NCBI GenBank assembly: GCA_958296135.2
Contig: CATQHZ020000001.1
Coordinates: 3,747,902 to 3,811,901 of the forward strand
Direction of reading: 5' to 3'
DNA length: 64,000 nucleotides
From: an uncultured Poribacteria bacterium
Lineage (GTDB): Bacteria; Poribacteria; WGA-4E; WGA-3G
Positions 27,175 through 36,172 of this stretch are shown here, piece after piece. The notes under the pieces are model-generated. The model was not told the origin of the DNA. It worked only from the letters and a program-made list of their open reading frames with translations, and did no database searches. Position 1 is the stretch's first letter. Every line of letters begins with the position of its first letter. The position numbers and the translations under genes are program-made.

Positions 27175-28074
27175 ATGCAAAATGCATTAGACCAGTTTTA
27201 CACGAAAAAAGAGATTGCGGACACCTGTTGGAAGCATTTTAACGAAGTTCTTCCGCGCTTACAGCGCGCGCCTACCGATGTAAAAAACAATCTGTTCTTC
27301 ATAGAACCCTCAGCAGGGACCGGCGCGTTCTATAACCTCTTGCCGCCGCAACGCAGGTTAGGCACGGATATTGAGCCGAAATGCGATGGCGTGATAGCAC
27401 AAGACTTTTTTAAACTATCGGGCGGATATGGACATCTGTCCTTACTAAATGAGCCTAGCGAAACTGTCATCATCGGAAATCCGCCGTTTGGCAAACGCGG
27501 GAAATTGGCGATAGCCTTCTTCAATCACGCCGCCTATTTGGCAGACACCGTCGCCTTCATCGTGCCAGTGAATTTCCGGAAGTGGACGGTGCATAAGCAG
27601 CTCAACTCCAGCATGCAGTTCATCAGCAAATTGGCTCTGCCGAGGGAGGCGTTCTTACTCGGCAACGGCAAACCTTACGCGGTTAACACAGAGTTTCAGA
27701 TATGGACTCGGTGGGAAGCCCCCGGATATCCAGACATGCGGCTCTACCAACCGTTGCCTATCTCGCACCCCGATTTTCAGATGTGGCAGTATAACAACAC
27801 GCCTGCCGCACTGAAAGTCTTCCGAAACAACTTTGACTTCGCCGTGCCGTGCCAAGGCTGGCAAGATTACTCACGCAAGGAGACTGAGGAAAATCGATGC
27901 GAACGGAACAAGCAGTGGATATTGCTGAAGGCGAAAAATCCAAACGTCCTAGCGCGGCTCCTGCGCATCGATTATGAACGTCTCGCACGAGAGTGCGCCA
28001 CCGCTGTCCCCGGCTTCCGCAAGGGAGATCTGGTGCAGGCATATTCAGGAGAAAAAACGCCCCAGGCCCCGTAG
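27175..28074 (+). CDS. small stand-alone N6-adenine-type DNA methyltransferase (motif order I then IV)
   Basis: MQNALDQFYTKKEIA, motif I FIEPSAGTGAF, motif IV IIGNPPFGKRG. 299 aa. No endonuclease-like neighbour. Confidence 0.7.
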   Translation: MQNALDQFYTKKEIADTCWKHFNEVLPRLQRAPTDVKNNLFFIEPSAGTGAFYNLLPPQRRLGTDIEPKCDGVIAQDFFKLSGGYGHLSLLNEPSETVIIGNPPFGKRGKLAIAFFNHAAYLADTVAFIVPVNFRKWTVHKQLNSSMQFISKLALPREAFLLGNGKPYAVNTEFQIWTRWEAPGYPDMRLYQPLPISHPDFQMWQYNNTPAALKVFRNNFDFAVPCQGWQDYSRKETEENRCERNKQWILLKAKNPNVLARLLRIDYERLARECATAVPGFRKGDLVQAYSGEKTPQAP

Positions 28075-28120
28075 CGCGAGGGAAAACCCGGCGAGCGCGA
28101 ATCGCCGAGGGCTCCCCTCG
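28071..28120 (+). repeat. family-2 GTAG nested-palindrome repeat
   Basis: GTAGCGCGAGGGAAAACCCGGCGAGCGCGAATCGCCGAGGGCTCCCCTCGC. Its TAG is the stop codon of the MTase gene. Confidence 0.9.
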
Positions 28121-28162
28121 CAAACCCGCGAACCGATGATTATTGGGACAAAGGAAAAAACC

Positions 28163-28693
28163 ATGAAATATTACCTTTTCATTTTCTTATCATTCTGCGC
28201 GATTATCCCGTTTTCTGGGTGCCAATCCCAGGCACTGCGCGCCCTCATCGAACCGCAGGAATGGACAAACTACGCCGTCACGGAAGGCGTAACCTGCACC
28301 GATGCCGCGATGATAGACGGCGATGCGAAAACCCGCGGGTATGCAGACGGACGATGGATTCATCTCACGCTGCCGACTCGGAAGCCTATCCATCGCATCG
28401 TCATCCGTGGCACGAACATTCGGGACGCGATGGTGTATCAGAAACTCCAAGGCAATGGACGGTGGCAGGCAATCCAGCAAGTCACAAATAACCGAGGCCC
28501 GGCAATTGAGATGCGGATGAGCGTCGTCACGGAGGCACTCCGCGTCTATATCAGCGGCACCACTGATGATAAGCACAGAGCACGAAAATTTTCCGAACGT
28601 CACAACGCGATGGTGCCGCAAATCCAACTCGGCAGAGCCTATGCCCACGAAATCGAGGTCTACGGGTTCGTTTCAAAGGCAGTGCAACCCTGA
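28163..28693 (+). CDS. lipoprotein with a discoidin/F5-8 type C-like (galactose-binding-like) domain
   Basis: ATG 28163. Signal MKYYLFIFLSFCAIIPFSGC. DGDAKTRGYADGRWIHLTLPTRKPIHRIVIRG pattern. Confidence 0.6.
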   Translation: MKYYLFIFLSFCAIIPFSGCQSQALRALIEPQEWTNYAVTEGVTCTDAAMIDGDAKTRGYADGRWIHLTLPTRKPIHRIVIRGTNIRDAMVYQKLQGNGRWQAIQQVTNNRGPAIEMRMSVVTEALRVYISGTTDDKHRARKFSERHNAMVPQIQLGRAYAHEIEVYGFVSKAVQP

Positions 28694-28763
28694 TGCCCAG
28701 TACCGATTTTCATGTTGGCATTTTTTGTGCAACTTGTCAACACGAAAAAGCATCTGATGATGT

Positions 28764-29261
28764 TTACCAATTGCAGGGGTCATCGAACTCGTCGAAGCGA
28801 ATCGAACGCCACGTTCCCTCTTCGTGGAGATACACTTCTATATCGGCCGCATGAGGCGGGGCCGCCCCGGTCTGCCGATAGACGTATCGCTGTGGGCTAT
28901 TCGATCTGAGTGAGAGCCCGTTGACAGCGTGAACATGAAACTCAGATCCAAAATCCTGCCACCAATTCTTGCTGTCAGACTCTCGCGTGTAAAAACTCCC
29001 TTCCGCGTAGGAAAACACTAAGCCCTCTCGCGCCACCCGAAAACTCACCTTCGTGCGAGTATCCACGGTGTTGAAGGTGAGGATGCCCGTGTTTGTGTCA
29101 GCGTCAGATGATAACATCAAGTAGACTTGCTGCGCTGCATCCCGTGTTCCGACGAGATAGTAATCTGAACATGGAATTCTCCTGTAGGTTAGGTGCAGGC
29201 AACCCCACACCGATAATGGAGCAAGCAACCTACCTGCTCTCTGCCTACAAACACACCTCAA
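28764..29261 (-). CDS. hypothetical protein
   Basis: 165-aa ORF downstream of and co-directional with the metalloprotease gene. No motif recognised and the start is uncertain. Confidence 0.4.
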   Translation of the reverse strand: MRCVCRQRAGRLLAPLSVWGCLHLTYRRIPCSDYYLVGTRDAAQQVYLMLSSDADTNTGILTFNTVDTRTKVSFRVAREGLVFSYAEGSFYTRESDSKNWWQDFGSEFHVHAVNGLSLRSNSPQRYVYRQTGAAPPHAADIEVYLHEEGTWRSIRFDEFDDPCNW

Positions 29262-29341
29262 CCGCCCAATGGTTCGAGTAGTTCAAGAAGAGTTCAAAAG
29301 AAAAAGGGAGAAGGCATCCGCGCCTTCTCCCACATAATCGA

Positions 29342-30508
29342 TTACCTCTCAATGGGTATGTTCGCATGCTCGTAAATCGGACTCAGTATGTGGCTATTCG
29401 GACCAATTAATTCTAGTCCCACATGCGTAGTCTCATCTAGAAGTTCCGCTTTGACGATAACCTCGTGTTTCATCTCAAGTTTGACTACGGGACCGCGGTC
29501 GGTTAATTTTCGTTCACGGATAATCTCATGTCTAACATCATCGCTGAAGTTGAGAACCTGCCATGCTCGACTATCCTTAAGAACTGCATAATCAAAAATG
29601 TAGTCTTTTGAATATGTGCCATCGGGGTAATAAGGAAATCGCACATCAAATGTAAATCGATATGTGTTAGATTGTCCGATTTTCTTCATTTCCAACAGAT
29701 TCACATGAATGTCTGTTAGAGAGAAGAAGGAAACAAGCACTCGATTCCCTACATTAAAAGCACTATGGCGATTAAGCCACCCCGCAGCACCTGGAGAGAG
29801 TTTATCTTGATGCTGTCCATAGGACATTATGAAGGAATCGTCTCGGTAATCATGGTGGAGTCCCATTGCATGTCCTAGTTCATGCGCCAGCACATCCCAT
29901 GTCCAACATCCGCCAAATACGAATACTTCACCCCAGCTAGAAGTGCCAGCTCCTAATCCGCAACCACGTACTCCAGGCACATCTATGAAGAATACATTGA
30001 TGCTTCTTCGAGGGAACAATTCGCCATCCCCATCATATCTATCCGCATTTATCATATCGACGAGCTCTCGTTCAATCTCATTCCATCCGTGTGTTTCGTA
30101 ATAGTTCGCCGATTCTTTTAATGTGATTCGGGTTATACTCACACGATGGGTCGCATCTTTATGAAACGGAAACGTTTTCTTGCCATAGCCGTGACGTTTC
30201 ATCTCATCTGCAAAAAAGCGTTGTGCTTTCTTGACAAGCTCATCAATTAGCACAGCGTATTCTGCAAAGTCGGCTTCGGTTGGCGGAATTGGCTGCGAAT
30301 CTGGTTCGAGATAGTAAACTCGCACCGACACGCGAGGCCCGTGTCCGAATGGCAACTCTGGCGCGCCAGCATAAAAATCATCACTGCCAACGGAGACAGT
30401 GGGTAACATCGGTGTTGGCGTGTCCATCTCGTCACCGCATCCCGCCACTATGAGCATGATAACGACTATCATCGTTATCGCTCCGTGTGTGTTAAAATGT
30501 AAATACAT
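29342..30508 (-). CDS. metzincin zinc metalloprotease lipoprotein (reprolysin/adamalysin-type HExxHxxGxxHD)
   Basis: RBS GAGGAGAGGA 6 nt before ATG 30508. Signal ...MIVVIMLIVAGC. Active site VLAHELGHAMGLHHD followed by a Met-turn-like FIMSYG. Confidence 0.75.
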   Translation of the reverse strand: MYLHFNTHGAITMIVVIMLIVAGCGDEMDTPTPMLPTVSVGSDDFYAGAPELPFGHGPRVSVRVYYLEPDSQPIPPTEADFAEYAVLIDELVKKAQRFFADEMKRHGYGKKTFPFHKDATHRVSITRITLKESANYYETHGWNEIERELVDMINADRYDGDGELFPRRSINVFFIDVPGVRGCGLGAGTSSWGEVFVFGGCWTWDVLAHELGHAMGLHHDYRDDSFIMSYGQHQDKLSPGAAGWLNRHSAFNVGNRVLVSFFSLTDIHVNLLEMKKIGQSNTYRFTFDVRFPYYPDGTYSKDYIFDYAVLKDSRAWQVLNFSDDVRHEIIRERKLTDRGPVVKLEMKHEVIVKAELLDETTHVGLELIGPNSHILSPIYEHANIPIER

Positions 30509-31019
30509 TATTATCCTCTCCTCTGTATCGGTATTTCGTCCAATCTCTTGCAGCACCCATAAGAAGCTTTTCATGGAAAGAGAGTTTGTCCATAGGAAAT
30601 GTTTCACTCATGAGTTGTTCTCGGAAATTCATATCCAAATAACCCCAGACACCTTTCCAGTACATCACTGAATCCTTTGGGTCTGGAGTAGGAAGGTCCA
30701 ATGCACCACCAAGAGCCTGCATATCAGGAACTGAGACTACATATTCCTGAACTTCGAGATAAATCAGAGACCTCGTGGTATTCCACAGCATTCCAAACTT
30801 CATCCCATTGAATTTGGGTGTAGCAGGTCCGTGTAGTTTAACAGCATAGTCATCTATCCCGTTCGTGAATCTGACTGGAGCATCAAGAATGTAAAATTGC
30901 TGGGTTGCAAGACACGCCGGTTCTGAGGCGACCATGGGTTGTTCCGCACCGCATCCGATGAGTCCGATTCCTGCACACACAGCGACTCCAATACATGCGA
31001 GTGTCATGAGTCTTGTCAT
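30492..31019 (-). CDS. lipoprotein, unknown function
   Basis: 175-aa ORF. Signal MTRLMTLACIGVAVCAGIGLIGC. Overlaps the next gene by 17 nt. Confidence 0.6.
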   Translation of the reverse strand: MTRLMTLACIGVAVCAGIGLIGCGAEQPMVASEPACLATQQFYILDAPVRFTNGIDDYAVKLHGPATPKFNGMKFGMLWNTTRSLIYLEVQEYVVSVPDMQALGGALDLPTPDPKDSVMYWKGVWGYLDMNFREQLMSETFPMDKLSFHEKLLMGAARDWTKYRYRGEDNNVFTF

Positions 31020-31097
31020 GTCGTTCCTCCATATTATGCGCGCTGTGCGCGATTAAGCATTCTCAGGTTATCGCGAAACGTTCGCGATAACACCTTA

Positions 31098-31126
31098 ATT
31101 ATACCACAATTTTTTCCATTTGTCAA
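31098..31126 (-). promoter_or_regulatory. perfect-consensus promoter TTGACA-N17-TATAAT with a TGTGG extended -10
   Basis: Minus strand: TTGACA (31126-31121), 17 nt ending AATTGTGG, TATAAT (31103-31098). Upstream of the 31019 lipoprotein/protease operon. Confidence 0.6.
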
Positions 31127-31394
31127 GAAAAAAAATGCAAAAAAAGTGATTTTTTTTGCATTTATTGTGATATTTTATCGGCATTTGCGGTGTTTGTCAA
31201 GAAATATTTGACAAAAAAGTGAAAAAATGTTAACTTAATAGCAAAAAGGAGATAACATACTATAGTCCGCGTTTCTGTAGATGGAGCCCACCCGCTCTTA
31301 ACCTATTCAGGATTGGTTGGCGGATAGGTTTGCAGAACTTCAGACACTCCCGAACAACTCAGGCACCTCGAGTATGAGAGGCTAATCAACAAAC

Positions 31395-32456
31395 ATGAAA
31401 CGCTTGATTTTTGAAGATATATACACCTGGCCGGTCTTCAGTGAAGAGCGGCAGATTGACTTTAACGGACATCTGTGGGTGCGGCAGGAGGGAAATATCC
31501 TGATCGATCCGGTCCCGATGAGCAGTTCCGACGAAGCGCAGCTCGCTGAACTTGGCGGCGCGAAGTGGATCGTCCTCACCAACCGGGACCACGAACGTGA
31601 AGCCGCCGCCTTTCAGGAACTCACTGGTGCCGAGATAATCGTGCATGAGGCGGATGCCGATGCGCTCAGCGTTACTCCCGCGCGAACCATTCACGACTGC
31701 GAAGAAATTGTCCCAGGACTACACGCCGTGCATTTGCGTTACGGAAAGAGCCCCGGCGAAATCGCGCTCTATTTTCCCGGCAAGCAGGCCGTCCTCTTCG
31801 GCGATCTGGTTGTCGGCGAACCGATGGGCGCGGTGACGCTGCTGCCAGATGCAAAACTGGCAGACGCGCCGAACGCCGCGCTGGAACTGCGCAAAATCCT
31901 CGCCCTACGCTTCAACGCAATCCTCGTCGGAGATGGCCACTCCATCTTCAGGGACGGCAGACAACGCCTCCTCGACTGCCTGCAAGCACGACGCGATATT
32001 TACATCAACCGCATCCACATCGATGAAATCGACTGGGCGCAGAAACACGCACCTGCCCCTTATGATTTTGAGGATAAAGACATCGACGCGCTTATCGGCA
32101 GCAAAAATCTGGGGTACCGCGTTATTCGGCTTCAGCCCAGCAAGATGAGTTTCCCAATGCATTTTCATAACTTCGGGGAGGAAATGTGCTATGTGATGGA
32201 GGGGGCATGCACGCTTAGAACCCCGCGCGGCGATGTGAACGTGCAACAGGGAGATTTCATCGCGTTTCCACCGGGTGCGATCGGCGCGCATAAATTCATC
32301 AACGATACCAATGCCCCCGTAACGTTGTTCATTCTCGGCACGACAATCCCTCACGATGTAAGCGAATATCCGGATTCCAACAAAGTGTTGCCTTACATCG
32401 TCGGGAAAATTTATCGGAAGGATGAGAGTCTCAGTTATTGGGACGGGGAAGTCTAA
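31395..32456 (+). CDS. two-domain protein: MBL-fold-like N-terminal domain and a cupin C-terminal domain
   Basis: 353-aa ORF. The WIVLTNRDHEREA block is a degenerate HxHxDH region. Cupin motifs HFHNFGEEMCYVMEG ... GDFIAFPPGAIGAHKF. Confidence 0.6.
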   Translation: MKRLIFEDIYTWPVFSEERQIDFNGHLWVRQEGNILIDPVPMSSSDEAQLAELGGAKWIVLTNRDHEREAAAFQELTGAEIIVHEADADALSVTPARTIHDCEEIVPGLHAVHLRYGKSPGEIALYFPGKQAVLFGDLVVGEPMGAVTLLPDAKLADAPNAALELRKILALRFNAILVGDGHSIFRDGRQRLLDCLQARRDIYINRIHIDEIDWAQKHAPAPYDFEDKDIDALIGSKNLGYRVIRLQPSKMSFPMHFHNFGEEMCYVMEGACTLRTPRGDVNVQQGDFIAFPPGAIGAHKFINDTNAPVTLFILGTTIPHDVSEYPDSNKVLPYIVGKIYRKDESLSYWDGEV

Positions 32457-32734
32457 TCGCGCTCTGTCGGACGCGTGGACAAATTCGTCTTCGGCGGAAC
32501 ATCCCACGAAATGTGCCCACAGCGCGGGCACCGCATCTCAAATTCAACAAGGTTCCGGACAGTGCCTGTCCTCACCGGCTTCCGCCGCGTTTGACACTGC
32601 GGACATCGCGTCGCGCGGAATTCATCAATATCGCTCTTGCTAAAATGCGCACCTATCTTAAAGGCTACCAGCAACAGCACGACGATGAAGAGGCAAACCA
32701 CCACAAAAATGAGGAAGGGAAGAAAGGATACCAC
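32453..32734 (-). CDS. small membrane protein with a zinc-ribbon (CPQC...CPRC)
   Basis: 93-aa ORF with an N-terminal hydrophobic helix FLPFLIFVVVCLFIVVLLLVAF and two CxxC pairs. Confidence 0.5.
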   Translation of the reverse strand: MVSFLPFLIFVVVCLFIVVLLLVAFKIGAHFSKSDIDEFRATRCPQCQTRRKPVRTGTVRNLVEFEMRCPRCGHISWDVPPKTNLSTRPTERD

Positions 32735-32739
32735 TAGGA

Positions 32740-33312
32740 TTAAAAACTAAGCCGAATCAGCGGAGCCCTCGCGGCAGCCTCCCGATAAGTATCTTCTGTG
32801 ACAACATCCGCAAAGAACGACGCGAAGAACGCGCCAGCATTCTCCAGAAATTCAGGCAGGTTCATTCCCATATAGACACCGTTTGCATCGTTACATTCAA
32901 CAACGACTTGCCGCAACTTCTCGCGCCCGGCAGTGGAGAGCGTCCGCAGCGGTCTCAGCATCCGTGAATGATACTTGATATGTGCCGCCGACACCTGAAT
33001 TAACCCCTGCAGAAAAAGCCGATACGTATCCTCCGCTTGGTGCCACAGCCCTTCCCACGCCTCGTGTGCCTCCCACCAATACGCAAAGTTATAGAGATCT
33101 ACGCCGTAGAGGTAATCTTCGTTTTGCCGCCACATCACCGGCGAAAGAGGCGCATCGAGTCCCGAGGTCTCGCCGCCTGGTTCATAACTATGTCCAAGCG
33201 GATCCCGAATAGGATGCGGCGTAACCCCCGGAATATGCCGATACGGCGGGAAAGGTTTGTGCGGACAATATCGCGGCCACTGTGCATCAAAAGGGTGCGG
33301 TTGCTGAATCAT
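32740..33312 (-). CDS. DUF309-domain protein
   Basis: The ORF-track N-terminus (to 33675) is translated repeat sequence. Start set at ATG 33312 (RBS AGAGGAA; MIQQPHPF). Contains the DUF309 signature YNFAYWWEAHEAWEGLW. Confidence 0.7.
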   Translation of the reverse strand: MIQQPHPFDAQWPRYCPHKPFPPYRHIPGVTPHPIRDPLGHSYEPGGETSGLDAPLSPVMWRQNEDYLYGVDLYNFAYWWEAHEAWEGLWHQAEDTYRLFLQGLIQVSAAHIKYHSRMLRPLRTLSTAGREKLRQVVVECNDANGVYMGMNLPEFLENAGAFFASFFADVVTEDTYREAAARAPLIRLSF

Positions 33313-33430
33313 TGCTGTTTTCCTCTTTATTCTGATTCGTATCATCTCTGTAGGGAAACCAGATGAGTTCGCCGGGGTTAACCTGTTCGGGTTCCCTGCG
33401 AAGCAGCCCGAGCCCGAACAAGGCTCCGTT

Positions 33431-33606
33431 GTAGGAGAGACCTCCCGGTATCGCCTCGCCTCCCCTGTAGGAGAGACCTCCCGGTATCGACACGCCCCCG
33501 GCATCGGGACAAGGATGTCCCGCCTACCGGAGCCCCCCGGCATCGGGACAAGGATGTCCCTCCTACCGGAGCCCCCTGGTATCGGGACAAGGATGTCCCG
33601 CCTACC
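33431..33606. repeat. two family-3 repeats (plus orientation) and a 39-bp x3 tandem array of GGCATCGGGACAAGGATGTCCC(G/T)CCTACCGG (minus orientation)
   Basis: ATCGGG starts at 33503, 33542 and 33581. The final CCTAC overlaps the ugd stop codon. Confidence 0.85.
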
Positions 33607-34981
33607 GGCCCACTCCGACATAATAAAACCCTGCATCGCGCGCATCTTGCGGCAAATACACATTGCGGCCATCAATCAAAATCGGCATCCGCATCTGCTT
33701 AGCGAGTTTGCGCAACTCCAGTTTGTGGTAAACGTCCCATTCGGTGACAAGCACCAGCGCATCCGCTTCGTGAGAGAGGCGATACACATCTTCCCGAAAA
33801 TCCACTGCCGTTCCGTCCAGCGCCATCTCTGCATTCGGCATCGCAATCGGATCGTGCGCGCGAACGCTGGCTCCCTCCGCAACGAGACATCGGATAATGT
33901 CCAACGCAGGTGCCGAACGAACGTCATCCGTGTTCGGCTTAAAGGCGAGTCCGAGGATGCCAATAGTTTTTCCCTTAATCGTGACTCCTGCTCCACAGCA
34001 CCTTTTGAACGCAGCGCGCAACTTTTCAACGATGACTTCGCGCTGCCGAAAATTCACGGCGCGCGCGGCTTCCGTAATCGGCATTTCATAGGCCGATTGC
34101 GCCGCCACCCCTAACAACGCCGCCGTATCCTTCGGGTAGCAGCTGCCGCCCCAGCCGAGGCCTGCCTGCAGAAACCGAGGTCCAATACGCGTGTCAAGTC
34201 CGATGCCGCGCGCGACTTCTGTCACGTCTGCGCCGACTTTCTCACAAAGTCCAGCGATTTCGTTGATAAAACTGATTTTCAGCGCGAGGAACGTATTGGC
34301 GGCGTATTTCAGCATCTCCGCGCTGCTCGGGTCTGTCGTCATCATCGGCGGTAGATGGTATGCCTCAGGCCGCGGGAACGCGCTCGGCGGGTCGAACGTC
34401 TGTTCAAGCAGCGGCTGATACAAGCGACGTAAGGCATCAATAGCATCATCGCAGTGCGCGCCGACGACAATCCGGTCCGGATAGAACGCCCCTTGCAACG
34501 CCAAACCTTCTTGTAAAAACTCCGGGTTCGATGCAACGGAGACATTCCCTTGAATCCCGCGCGTCGCAAACACCTCATCGACAACTTCGGCGACGCGCCG
34601 ATTCGTGCCGATAGGCACCGTCGATTTGACAACAAGCGTATAGTGCCGATGTGGATGGCAGACTTCTGCGACTTCTCGCGCCGCTTGTTCAACATGCCGC
34701 GTGTCTGCTTCCCCGTTCTTTTTCGGCGGCGTGCCGACAGCAATTAAAATGAGCTCCGCTTCTGGAACCACCGCGGCAACGCTCGGCGTGAAACGGAGGG
34801 TATGTCCTACCTCGTCAAGAAGTGTCTGGATGCCGGGTTCATGGATAGGGCTTTTCCCTTGGTGTAACAGTTTGAGTTTATGGGTATCTTTATCGACAGC
34901 CGCAACCTGATGGCTCAGGTAGGCCAGGACAACGGCGGTGGTTAAGCCGACGTAGCCTGTCCCGATGATTGCGATTTTCAC
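33602..34981 (-). CDS. ugd: UDP-glucose 6-dehydrogenase
   Basis: Start set at GTG 34981 (RBS GAGGAG; VKIAIIGTGYVGLTTAVVLA). The rest is typical of the UDP-glucose/GDP-mannose dehydrogenase family (GGSCYPKD). Confidence 0.85.
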   Translation of the reverse strand: MKIAIIGTGYVGLTTAVVLAYLSHQVAAVDKDTHKLKLLHQGKSPIHEPGIQTLLDEVGHTLRFTPSVAAVVPEAELILIAVGTPPKKNGEADTRHVEQAAREVAEVCHPHRHYTLVVKSTVPIGTNRRVAEVVDEVFATRGIQGNVSVASNPEFLQEGLALQGAFYPDRIVVGAHCDDAIDALRRLYQPLLEQTFDPPSAFPRPEAYHLPPMMTTDPSSAEMLKYAANTFLALKISFINEIAGLCEKVGADVTEVARGIGLDTRIGPRFLQAGLGWGGSCYPKDTAALLGVAAQSAYEMPITEAARAVNFRQREVIVEKLRAAFKRCCGAGVTIKGKTIGILGLAFKPNTDDVRSAPALDIIRCLVAEGASVRAHDPIAMPNAEMALDGTAVDFREDVYRLSHEADALVLVTEWDVYHKLELRKLAKQMRMPILIDGRNVYLPQDARDAGFYYVGVGR

Positions 34982-35303
34982 ATGTTTCTCCTCATTGACA
35001 GCGGAATTGCTTCTACAAGAATAGGGTACCATCTCTCGCGATTTTATGCAAGGCAATTCGGCCAAAGGCATTTAGTTTTCCAATTTTCTTTCCCCTACGC
35101 GGCCGGGGCAGCGGGTTTTCACGGTGAGAAACGCCGAAAACTAAATCGTTCTGCAAATCGGTTTTCATTTTCATTTGACATCGTCTCACTGGATATGTTA
35201 TCATTTTAGGACTGACGTAAGAGTGGATTTTTATATCCACCCGACGCGCACACACTACCGGCGGATATGGACATCCGTCCCGACAAAAAGAGGAATGTCA
35301 GAT

Positions 35304-36017
35304 ATGTCTACACAGACTCGTAACGTCCTAATCACCGGCGGCACCGGCATCTTAGGCAGTGCTGTCACAAAAGCATACATCGCGCAAGGCGACAACGTCG
35401 CTGTCACATACCTGTTTGAAAATGAGGTGGAACGCTTCAAGCAGTATAACCCCGACATCAGCGAGGAGGTAACCTTCCTGTTCGCAAACGTCACCGAAGA
35501 AGCTGAGGTTCAGAAGTCGTTTCAGGAATTTCAATCCCAAATCGGGCCGCTTGATATCCTGATAAACATCGTCGGTGGCTTCGTCGGCGGGATTCCTGCG
35601 GCGGAACTTGAAGTGGAAAAATGGGATTTCATGATGGAACTGAACCTCAAATCCGTCTTCCTCTGCTGCAAAACGGCACTGCCAGAAATGACAGCGCGCG
35701 GCGCAGGCAAGATTGTCAACGTTTCGGCGCGCGCCGGGTTGAAAGGTGAGGCTGGCATGAGTGCCTACTGCGTCTCCAAAGGCGGCGTGCGCACCTTGAC
35801 AGAGGCGTTAGCCGCCGAAGTGATGGATGCCGGGGTCAACGTCAACGCTATTATGCCAAGCGTCATCGATACACCCGCGAATCGCCAGTCTATGCCGGAC
35901 GAAGACCCGGGCCGTTGGGTATCCCCCTCCAACATCGCCAAGGTGATATGTTTCCTCACCTCTGATGAGGCGGCGGTTATTAATGGAGCAGCCATTCCGG
36001 TTTATGGCCGCGCATAA
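35304..36017 (+). CDS. SDR-family oxidoreductase
   Basis: RBS AGAGGA. MSTQTRNVLITGGTGILGSAV (TGxxxGxG) and catalytic SAYCVSKGG (YxxxK). Confidence 0.8.
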   Translation: MSTQTRNVLITGGTGILGSAVTKAYIAQGDNVAVTYLFENEVERFKQYNPDISEEVTFLFANVTEEAEVQKSFQEFQSQIGPLDILINIVGGFVGGIPAAELEVEKWDFMMELNLKSVFLCCKTALPEMTARGAGKIVNVSARAGLKGEAGMSAYCVSKGGVRTLTEALAAEVMDAGVNVNAIMPSVIDTPANRQSMPDEDPGRWVSPSNIAKVICFLTSDEAAVINGAAIPVYGRA

Positions 36018-36105
36018 ATTGTAAGGGCGGATATGGACATCCGCCCCTACAGTGCATCGCCGTGCATTCCAAAACTGAAGCTGCCGCGTCAAATCACATT
36101 TCCTA

Positions 36106-36134
36106 TTGCAATCGCCTTAAATTTGTGGTATAAT
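36106..36134 (+). promoter_or_regulatory. promoter TTGCAA-N17-TATAAT with a TGTGG extended -10
   Basis: TTGCAA at 36106-36111 and TATAAT at 36129-36134, preceded by AAATTTGTGG. Confidence 0.55.
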
Positions 36135-36172
36135 GCAATTTCAATGGAAATGTTCGCAAGAAAGGAGAAAAA

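Noticed and set aside
28563-28587. Hammerhead-like CUGAUGA ... GAAA spacing.
   Set aside because: The intervening 14 nt cannot form stem II, and the site lies inside a well-supported CDS.
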